A DNA stretch of 32,000 nt, from positions 2,130,001 to 2,162,000 of the forward strand of contig NC_010628.1 of the NCBI RefSeq assembly GCF_000020025.1, written 5' to 3'. Source of the stretch: Nostoc punctiforme PCC 73102. GTDB taxonomy: Bacteria > Cyanobacteriota > Cyanobacteriia > Cyanobacteriales > Nostocaceae. The notes under the pieces are model-generated. The model did not search any database. It was not told the origin of the DNA and saw only the letters and a program-made list of their open reading frames with translations. Made by a program: the position numbers and the translations under genes. This document shows positions 8,376 to 15,823 of the stretch, one piece after another. How positions within the stretch are numbered: position 1 is the first letter of the stretch; the number at the start of each line of letters is the position of its first letter.

Positions 8376-9290
8376 ATGAAACATAGATTTTGGGCAAGCT
8401 ATTTGCTTGCAGCTTTAGCATTTCTTCCCTTAGAATCTGCGATTACTACACAGGTTTTGGCAACAGAGTCAGTTTTGCAACTGGCACAAGCCAAATCTGC
8501 TTACACGCAATATATGCAACTCGGCTATAACGAAACTAGACGGAGAAACTACCGAAAAGCTTTAGGATATTTTCAGCAAGCAGAGCGATCGCGTCCTGGA
8601 GATAGGTATGCTACTGCTGCAATTAGAAATGTAACAAGTTACATCCAACGCGGTAGAAATCGTATTGCCTTCGTCCCAGGTAGACCTGGTAGGGTAAGGT
8701 CAGCAGGAACACGAGGAAGTTGCTTTCAAACTGGACAAAATATTATTCCCCTGACACCGACAGATAAGGAAGCTCAACGAACCACAGCAGAGCGTCCCAC
8801 ATTATTCTTCTATGTTCCTCAAACCTCTACAACAGTACAAGCACTAGAATTTGTTTTGCGGGATGATGATAGCTCCGACCCATTGTATAAGGGAACTTTC
8901 AAACCTGTTGGACAGAATGGTATTGTTAGTGTAAATGTACCTGCTAATCAGCCATCTCTACAAATCGGTAAAGAGTATAGTTGGACTTTTTCAATGATTT
9001 GTGATACTAACAACCGCGATAAAGACTCTTATGTAGAAGGTACAATAGTGCGATCGCAAGATGAAAACCTCTCTCTTCAGCTAAACCAACCAAACACAGA
9101 CTTGGATCGTGCAGTTCTATTTGCAACTGCTGGATTTTGGGAAGATTCTCTCAGAACTTTAGCTAATTTACGCCGCCAGCGTCCTAACGATCCTGAAGTT
9201 CAGAAATATTGGGAAGATTTGTTGAATTCAGTAGAGATTAAAGAAGTTGTAAACAAGCCTTTATTGCCCTGTTGTACTGTTCAAAAATAA
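8376..9290 (+). CDS. secreted DUF928-family protein
   Basis: The preferred start is the ATG at 8376 (MKHRFWASYLLAALAFLPLESA, a signal peptide); the ORF track begins at 8328. The PGRPGRVRSAGTRGSC segment, then TLFFYVPQTS..ALEFVLRDD and KEYSWTFSMICD, match my memory of the cyanobacterial DUF928 pattern. Confidence 0.65.
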   Translation: MKHRFWASYLLAALAFLPLESAITTQVLATESVLQLAQAKSAYTQYMQLGYNETRRRNYRKALGYFQQAERSRPGDRYATAAIRNVTSYIQRGRNRIAFVPGRPGRVRSAGTRGSCFQTGQNIIPLTPTDKEAQRTTAERPTLFFYVPQTSTTVQALEFVLRDDDSSDPLYKGTFKPVGQNGIVSVNVPANQPSLQIGKEYSWTFSMICDTNNRDKDSYVEGTIVRSQDENLSLQLNQPNTDLDRAVLFATAGFWEDSLRTLANLRRQRPNDPEVQKYWEDLLNSVEIKEVVNKPLLPCCTVQK

Positions 9291-9304
9291 ATTAAAAATT
9301 ACTT

Positions 9305-9339
9305 AAAAACCCGGTTTTGATAGAGAAGCCGGGTTTTTA
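9305..9339 (+). terminator. rho-independent terminator after the DUF928 gene
   Basis: AAAAACCCGG (9305-9314) pairs with CCGGGTTTTT (9329-9338), followed by a T-run, 15 nt after the stop codon. Confidence 0.65.
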
Positions 9340-9492
9340 TCATTCATAGGAATTATGTAAAACTACACGCGCTCAGGTAGGGGCAATTCGTGTATACGCA
9401 AACGCGAGAGCATCTCTAAGAGTTGCGGCTTCCCGTAGGGTATTACCCAATACGCTTGGGTTAATGGCTACTTGTACAAAATCGTGGGTTTT

Positions 9493-9518
9493 GAGACGTG
9501 ATAAATCGCCGTCTCTAC
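9493..9518. repeat. copy of the GACG(C/T)GATAAATCGCCGTCTCTAC dispersed repeat
   Basis: gagacgtgataaatcgccgtctctac. It lies inside a repeat-rich stretch that also holds a GTAGGGGCAATTCGTG-type element (about 9376-9400). Confidence 0.75.
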
Positions 9519-10174
9519 AAGATTTTATGTTACGAAAACGACACCCATTTTTAAGTGTACTGCGATCGCGTACCCGCCCGCCGGAGGCGATGGTCTCCGA
9601 CCGACCGGAGGTCATCGCAAACGAGACAGTTAATCTGAGATAGCGAACAATTAGTTTGCAATACTTAATATTAGATTATCTAATAATTAGTTTTTCATGA
9701 TATTGTGTTTGTCAGTACATATTTTTTTGTATGCATCGTGTAAACTCTATTTGCGGAGTAAGATTGCTACATAAATTTATGGTAATTCGAGCGCCAAGCA
9801 GCAGCAACCCTAGTTTTGCTGTGGTATTAACCTGACTTACAGTTTGGTTATTTCATTCCATATAGAGCAACTGAAGTCTACATTTTAGTTGTTTTGAAAG
9901 CATTCCATTATTACATTCAGTGTGGAGTTAGCAGTAAATGCTAGCCCAAAGCTTTGTATGGAAAGGATTTTATCAATCTGCCATCTGAGTATTTTTTGAT
10001 TGGATGTCAGCAGTTGAAAGCAAACATATTGTTGTCTACTCATCAGACACTTGCCACGTAGTTATAAGGATTTTACAAACAGTTAGGAATTAGCTAGCGA
10101 TCGCACACTGACGTTAGATGAAAAGCCATTAGCTATACGCAAATCAGCAATCACTATAGAAAAGAAAAAAGCTT

Positions 10175-11539
10175 ATGAGTACAACACGCAAGTTTCGTTT
10201 AGGTGCATTCGTTCAAGCCACCGGTCATCATGTCTCCTCTTGGCGACACCCCGATGCACAAGCAGATGCTGGATTGAATTTCGAGCATTACAAGGAAATT
10301 ACCCAGACTGCCGAACGCGGCTTGTTTGATGCAGTTTTTCTAGCAGATAGCCCAGGAGTCTGGGGTGGCTCTCCAGAAACTCAGTATCGCAACGGTAAAA
10401 TGGCCCATTTCGAGCCAGTCACTCTCTTCTCGGCCTTGTCCTCTGTTACCAAAAATATCGGCTTCATTTCCACCGCCTCGACTACTTATGAAGAACCCTA
10501 CACCTTGGCGCGGAAGTTTGCCTCGTTGGACTACTTGAGTAACGGCCGGGCAGGGTGGAATGTAGTCACCACAGGCAATGAGAACGCCGCTCGTAATTTC
10601 GGGCTTGAGCATCACCCGGAACATAGCCAGCGTTATGAACGCGCCGAAGAGTTTGTGGAAGTAGTGAAAGGACTGTGGGATAGCTGGGAAGATGATGCTT
10701 TTATCCGTGACAAAGAATCTGGTGTGTATTTCGACCCAGATAAACTGCATACACTCAACCATAAAGGCAAATATTTTTCTGTCCAAGGCCCTTTAAACGT
10801 CGGTCGTCCGCCTCAAGGCTACCCCGTGATTGTTCAGGCTGGAGCTTCGGAATCTGGCCGGGACTTAGCTGCACGCACCGCCGAAGTGATTTTCACCGCT
10901 AATCAAACCCTAGCTGATGCCCAAGAATTTTATGCTGATGTGAAAGGGAGATTAGCACAATATGGGCGATCGCCAGACGATCTAAAAATTATGCCCGGTG
11001 CTTTCCCAATCATTGGCCGTACCGAAGCAGAAGCTCAAGAGAAATACGAATTCCTGCAATCGCTGATTCATCCTGATGTCGCCTGGGGAATTTTAAAGAA
11101 CTATTACAAAGGTGTGGATCTGTCGAAATATTCTCTAGATGATGTGGCTCCTGAACTGCCCAGCGACACCAACACTAACAAGAGTCGTCTCAAACTAGTC
11201 AGAGATTTAGCGACTCGTGGCACTCTCACATTACGTCAGTTGTATCTCTCTCTTGCCACCGCACGAGGACATCGCACCATCCTTGGTACACCCGAAACCA
11301 TTGCCGATCAGTTAGAAGAATGGTTCAACAATGGTGCGGCAGACGCCTTTAATATCATGCCGCCAATTCTCCCCACAGAATTAGATGAATTCGTTAACTT
11401 AGTCGTTCCCATCTTGCAAAAACGTGGATTGTTCCGTACCGAATATGAGGGTAGTACCTTACGTGAAAACCTGGGATTGCGTCGTCCGGTCAATCGTTTT
11501 GCTGCAAAACAAGTAGACAAGAGCCTCGTGTTGGCGTAA
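10175..11539 (+). CDS. LLM-class flavin-dependent monooxygenase, NtaA/SnaA/DszA(SoxA) subfamily, copy 1
   Basis: 454 aa. The start (FRLGAFVQATGHHVSSWRHP...FDAVFLADS) and the overall length are characteristic of the about 450-aa NTA-monooxygenase/DszA group. There is an A-rich leader with AAGCTTATG. Confidence 0.9.
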   Translation: MSTTRKFRLGAFVQATGHHVSSWRHPDAQADAGLNFEHYKEITQTAERGLFDAVFLADSPGVWGGSPETQYRNGKMAHFEPVTLFSALSSVTKNIGFISTASTTYEEPYTLARKFASLDYLSNGRAGWNVVTTGNENAARNFGLEHHPEHSQRYERAEEFVEVVKGLWDSWEDDAFIRDKESGVYFDPDKLHTLNHKGKYFSVQGPLNVGRPPQGYPVIVQAGASESGRDLAARTAEVIFTANQTLADAQEFYADVKGRLAQYGRSPDDLKIMPGAFPIIGRTEAEAQEKYEFLQSLIHPDVAWGILKNYYKGVDLSKYSLDDVAPELPSDTNTNKSRLKLVRDLATRGTLTLRQLYLSLATARGHRTILGTPETIADQLEEWFNNGAADAFNIMPPILPTELDEFVNLVVPILQKRGLFRTEYEGSTLRENLGLRRPVNRFAAKQVDKSLVLA

Positions 11540-11653
11540 ATGACTTTTAATATCTGCACTGTGCTTAAGCAGACACGAAAAGTCATTAGCTATACACAAA
11601 TCAGCAATACCAAAGGTAAAGCTACCGCTAACGCAATATAAGAAAAAAAGCTT

Positions 11654-13021
11654 ATGACTACAACACGCAAACTTCGTTTAGGTGCATTCATTCAAGCTAC
11701 AGGTCATCACATATCAGCTTGGCGGCATCCCGATTCACAAGCAGATGCTGGACTAAATTTCGAGCATTACAAAGAAATTACCCAAACTGCCGAACGCGGC
11801 TTGTTCGATGCGGTTTTCCTTGCCGATAGCCCCAGTTTACAAGACAATAGTGAACCGGAGGTGCTGAAGCGCAACGGTAAATTAGCAAAGTTTGAGCCAG
11901 TGACGCTATTTTCCGCACTAGCACCATTAACCAAGCATATTGGCTTTGTTGCTACCGCTTCCACCACTTATGAAGAACCTTATACCCTTGCTCGGAAGTT
12001 TGCCTCATTGGACTACTTGAGTAACGGCCGGGCGGCGTGGAATGTAGTCACCACAGGTAATGAGAATGCCGCCGGTAATTTCGGGCTTGAGCATCACCCG
12101 GAACATAGCCAGCGTTATGAACGCGCCGAAGAGTTTGTAGAAGTAGTAAAAGGCTTGTGGGATAGCTGGGAAGATGATGCTTTCATCCGCGACAAAGAAT
12201 CTGGTGTCTATTTCGATCCAGATAAACTGCACACACTCAACTACAAAGGCAAACATTTTTCTGTCCAAGGCCCTTTAAACGTCGGTCGTCCGCCTCAAGG
12301 TTATCCAGTGATTGTGCAAGCTGGTGCTTCCGAAGTCGGCAGGGATCTGGCGGCACAGACTGCTGAAGTTATTTTTACTGCCAACCAAACCCTGGAAGAC
12401 GGGCAAGAATTTTATGCCGATGTGAAAGGACGATTGGCTAAATATGGTCGCCAACTAGACGATTTGAAAATCATGCCAGGTGTGTTCCCAGTGATTGGAC
12501 GCACTGAAGAAGAAGCCCAAGAAAAATACGAATTCCTGCAATCGTTAATTCACCCATCGGTGGCATGGGGATTACTCAAAACACGTTATAAAGGCATCGA
12601 TTTATCTGGCTATTCACTCGACGATCTTGCACCACCATTGCCCAGTGATACTAACGGTGGTAAGAGCCGCCTCAAGTTATTGACGGATCTTGTAAATCGC
12701 GGCAACTTAACGCTGCGTCAGTTGTATCTCTCTGTCGCTACCGCGCGGGGTCATCGCACCATAATTGGTAGTCCTGAAAGTATTGCTGACCAGTTAGAAG
12801 AATGGTTCAGCAATGGTGCGGCAGATGGTTTTAATATCATGCCGCCAATTCTCCCCACAGGGTTAGATGACTTCGTTAATCTAGTTATCCCAGTCTTGCA
12901 AAAACGTGGATTGTTCCGTACTGAATATGAGGGCAATACCTTGCGTGAAAACCTCGGATTGCGTCGTCCAGGTAATGGTTTTGCAGCAAAACAAGCAAAC
13001 AAGAGCCTCGTGGTAGTGTAA
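11654..13021 (+). CDS. LLM-class flavin-dependent monooxygenase, NtaA/SnaA/DszA(SoxA) subfamily, copy 2 (tandem paralogue)
   Basis: 455 aa, collinear with copy 1 at an offset of 1479 bp. It is roughly 85 percent identical by eye, including one run of 55 identical residues (NFGLEHHPEHSQRYERAEEF...DPDKLHTLN). Confidence 0.9.
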   Translation: MTTTRKLRLGAFIQATGHHISAWRHPDSQADAGLNFEHYKEITQTAERGLFDAVFLADSPSLQDNSEPEVLKRNGKLAKFEPVTLFSALAPLTKHIGFVATASTTYEEPYTLARKFASLDYLSNGRAAWNVVTTGNENAAGNFGLEHHPEHSQRYERAEEFVEVVKGLWDSWEDDAFIRDKESGVYFDPDKLHTLNYKGKHFSVQGPLNVGRPPQGYPVIVQAGASEVGRDLAAQTAEVIFTANQTLEDGQEFYADVKGRLAKYGRQLDDLKIMPGVFPVIGRTEEEAQEKYEFLQSLIHPSVAWGLLKTRYKGIDLSGYSLDDLAPPLPSDTNGGKSRLKLLTDLVNRGNLTLRQLYLSVATARGHRTIIGSPESIADQLEEWFSNGAADGFNIMPPILPTGLDDFVNLVIPVLQKRGLFRTEYEGNTLRENLGLRRPGNGFAAKQANKSLVVV

Positions 13022-13118
13022 ATAAATTTTTCACAGATGCTTATGCCATACCTTTTAAACTGCACCTTCTGTAGATCGCCGCCTACAGAATTTGAAAATT
13101 GTAGAGAGGGACGGGATT

Positions 13119-13149
13119 GTAGAGAGACGCGATAAATCGCCGTCTCTAC
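13119..13149. repeat. hairpin copy of the GACGCGATAAATCGCCGTCTCTAC repeat between monooxygenase 2 and the amidohydrolase gene
   Basis: gtagagagacgcgataaatcgccgtctctac is a near-palindrome. It could act as an intra-operon stem-loop. Confidence 0.75.
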
Positions 13150-13226
13150 AAGAAATGTATTTATCAATAGCAGCATCGGATACTGAAAAAAACCTGTAAT
13201 TTTTGTGCCGTAGGCAAGGAAAAAAC

Positions 13227-14765
13227 ATGACTGAATATAGCCGATTAAAGACCTCACGCTCCGCCGCAATCAGAGCAACCCTTGATTATCCGGTAATCGA
13301 TACCGATGTTCATACCAATGATTTCACACCGGCGTTTGAGGATTATATTGCTAAATACGGCGGTGTGAAACTCGTAGATGAGTTACGTAAAACCGAAGCT
13401 TCCCGTCTCAACTCCAAAAGCAATGGTAAAGACTGGTATCAACAAACCCCTGAAGAACGTCAATATAACCGGACAATCCGATCGCCTTGGTGGGCAAGAG
13501 TTACCAAAAATACGCTGGACCTCGCTACTTACACCCTCCCCGGATTGCTCTATGAGCGTCAGGCAGAGCAAGGATCAGACTATTCGGTGCTGTTTCTGAA
13601 TAATGTCCTAGCACCGGCTGGAGCAAGTGCAGAGAATCGTCAAGCACTGCAACGCGCGGTTAATCATTATCATGCTGATATCTACCGTAAATATAGCGAT
13701 CGCCTGACACCGGTAGCTGGTATTCCCTTAACTACTCCCCAAGAAGGCATTGAGGAGCTAGAATTTGCAGTAAAAACACTCGGTTTAAAAGTGATTAATA
13801 TCACTGGCGGGGTGAAACGGCCAATTAAAGCGATCGCTGATAAATATCCAGCCGATAAATTCCCCGAAATCGCCAAGTATGCCTCTTATATCGACTTCTA
13901 CGGACTAGATAGTGAATACGACTACGATCCCTTCTGGGCAAAGGTCGTGGAACTTGGTGTACCTGTCACCACCCATTACGGTAGCCAAGGTTGGACTGGA
14001 CGCTCCTCCATTAGTAACTACATGAACAACCATATCGGTCACTTCGCCGATGGTTCGGAAGCATTTGCGAAGGCTTTGTTCTTCGGTGGCGTTACCAAGC
14101 GTTTTCCACAGTTGCGTGTAGCGATGCTCGAAGGTGGTGCAGATTGGGGTGCCCGCGTCTACATTCATTTGGTAGATCGTTTCTCCAAGCGCAATATCAA
14201 GGCATTGGAAAATTACAATCCAGCATTGACAAATGCTGATGAGCTATTTGAAATATTTGAACGCTATGGTGCAGAAGTTACTCAAGGGCATTCCCTCGAT
14301 AAAGACGAATTGACCAAGACTGTACTGGGAGCTTCATTTAGCCGTCATAGCCGTGCGCCAATTGGTAGCGAATTGGACGATTTTGCAGCAGCAGGTATTG
14401 AAACAATTGAAGACATCCGCGATCGCTGGGTGAATAGTTTCTTCTTTGGTTCCGAGTCTGACGATCGCACCATTGCTACGGCATTCAACGACAAAGCCAA
14501 TCCCTTGGGAGTCAAAATCAACGCCATCTATTCCTCTGATGTTGGTCATTGGGATGTACCAGACTTGACTTCCCCCTTGGCTGAAAGCTGGGATTTGGTT
14601 CAAGAAGGCGTTATTTCCGAAGCCGACTTTAAGTCCTATGTATTCGCTAATCCCTACAAGTTTTACACCCAAGCTAACCCCGAATTTTTCAAGGGTACTG
14701 CGATCGAATCCAAGGTAGGTAACACCGAATTTAAACAAGTGGACAAGAGCCTGGTGGTGGCGTAA
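13227..14765 (+). CDS. amidohydrolase-fold (amidohydrolase-2/ACMSD-like) metal-dependent hydrolase or decarboxylase
   Basis: The preferred start is the ATG at 13227 (MTEYSRLK), preceded by AGGCAAGGAAAAAAC. The track start at 13203 is a TTG that adds a Cys to an otherwise Cys-free protein. The early VIDTDVHT metal-binding motif, then later HYGSQGW, and the 512-aa length fit the family. Confidence 0.75.
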   Translation: MTEYSRLKTSRSAAIRATLDYPVIDTDVHTNDFTPAFEDYIAKYGGVKLVDELRKTEASRLNSKSNGKDWYQQTPEERQYNRTIRSPWWARVTKNTLDLATYTLPGLLYERQAEQGSDYSVLFLNNVLAPAGASAENRQALQRAVNHYHADIYRKYSDRLTPVAGIPLTTPQEGIEELEFAVKTLGLKVINITGGVKRPIKAIADKYPADKFPEIAKYASYIDFYGLDSEYDYDPFWAKVVELGVPVTTHYGSQGWTGRSSISNYMNNHIGHFADGSEAFAKALFFGGVTKRFPQLRVAMLEGGADWGARVYIHLVDRFSKRNIKALENYNPALTNADELFEIFERYGAEVTQGHSLDKDELTKTVLGASFSRHSRAPIGSELDDFAAAGIETIEDIRDRWVNSFFFGSESDDRTIATAFNDKANPLGVKINAIYSSDVGHWDVPDLTSPLAESWDLVQEGVISEADFKSYVFANPYKFYTQANPEFFKGTAIESKVGNTEFKQVDKSLVVA

Positions 14766-14941
14766 AAGCCGAGATGAGGGCGTGGGGGGGAGATGAAAAA
14801 AAATCAATCCCCCATGCCCTGAGCGTAAAGCCTACGGCATAGCTTCGCTTAACGCGCAGCGTCTCCGTTAGGAGAAGCCGTTCGCGTAGCGTCTCGCAGA
14901 GAAGGGATGCCCAAAGCCCAAATAAATTAGGAGTCACAACC

Positions 14942-15610
14942 ATGTCCGTAGAACAACGCTCTTACGAAACCAATAATGGTTCTTTGCCTTATCTTTTCTC
15001 GCCTGTTTCTGACAATGCCAAGCAACCTGCACCCTTAGTACTATTTCTGCATGGAGGACGCGATCGCGGGACGGATCTGAATGTGCTACTGAAATGGGGT
15101 CTACCTCGTTTCGTAGATTTATCCGACTCATTACCTTATGTCTTCGCCGCACCCCAGATTCCGGCTGAACAAACTTGGGCAGATCGAGCAGATGACGTGC
15201 TCGCTTTGCTTGATGAACTGATTGCTTCCCAGCCCGTCGATCCAGCACGGGTGATATTAGCCGGGTTCAGCTTAGGCTCGGCCGGGATCTGGCATGTCGC
15301 TGCTTTACATCCCAATCGCTTCGCCGGTCTAGTACCTGTATCTGGACGTGTACCCAAGACACTTGGAGAAAGCGAACTAGCTGCACTCAAAGATATTCCC
15401 GTTCAGATATTTCAAGGTGGACAAGACAAAAATCTGCCAATAGAGGATACAGAGAATTTTGTTGAGCGCTTACGCAAAGTCGGCGGGAAAGTCGATTTGA
15501 CAGTGCTGCCAGAAGGCGATCATTTTATTGCAGATGAAGTATACAGCGATCCGAAGTTGCAACAGTGGCTAGTTTCCCTGAGCCGTCGCAACACTGCTTT
15601 AGTTGTCTGA
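14942..15610 (+). CDS. alpha/beta hydrolase, carboxylesterase/phospholipase-type
   Basis: 222 aa. LVLFLHGG, the nucleophile elbow GFSLGSAG, and later QGGQDKNLP and GDHF give a Ser-Asp-His arrangement. Confidence 0.75.
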   Translation: MSVEQRSYETNNGSLPYLFSPVSDNAKQPAPLVLFLHGGRDRGTDLNVLLKWGLPRFVDLSDSLPYVFAAPQIPAEQTWADRADDVLALLDELIASQPVDPARVILAGFSLGSAGIWHVAALHPNRFAGLVPVSGRVPKTLGESELAALKDIPVQIFQGGQDKNLPIEDTENFVERLRKVGGKVDLTVLPEGDHFIADEVYSDPKLQQWLVSLSRRNTALVV

Positions 15611-15823
15611 GGCACAAAACCCCAAAAGTCAGCGCTCAGGAACTGGGGGCTGAGATACAAAAGAAGATTTTTCTCAATCCCCATGACCGACAAAGAAAAG
15701 GATACAAGCCCCTAAATTTATTTATGGTTACTGAGCGTAGCCGTAAAGCCTGCGGCATAGCTACGCTTAGGGCGCAGCCTCTCGTAGAGAAGTATGGGAA
15801 TTATTAATTTTAAATTTTGAATT

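Noticed and set aside
9373-9615. 80-aa minus-strand ORF downstream of the DUF928 gene
   Set aside because: It is assembled almost wholly from dispersed repeats (a GTAGGGGCAATTCGTG element, the GACGTGATAAATCGCCGTCTCTAC hairpin and a CCGGAGG-containing repeat). It has no plausible ribosome-binding site or recognisable fold.
10004-10093. 29-codon ORF MSAVESKHIVVYSSDTCHVVIRILQTVRN* upstream of the monooxygenase operon, reminiscent of a glutaredoxin/NrdH N-terminus
   Set aside because: It is too short and lacks the second cysteine of a CxxC motif. It has no convincing ribosome-binding site and ends after what would be the first helix. At best it is a gene remnant, and it cannot be supported from the sequence alone.
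9620-10174. Possible riboswitch or sulfur-responsive leader in the 550-nt gap before the monooxygenase operon
   Set aside because: I could not recognise any known riboswitch consensus (SAM, cobalamin, TPP and so on) or a convincing conserved structure by eye. It is only flagged as a place to search for a regulator site.
13203-13226. Upstream TTG start for the amidohydrolase ORF (MCRRQGKN..)
   Set aside because: The ATG at 13227 has a purine-rich stretch in front. The extension would add the only cysteine to an otherwise Cys-free protein in a Cys-free operon.
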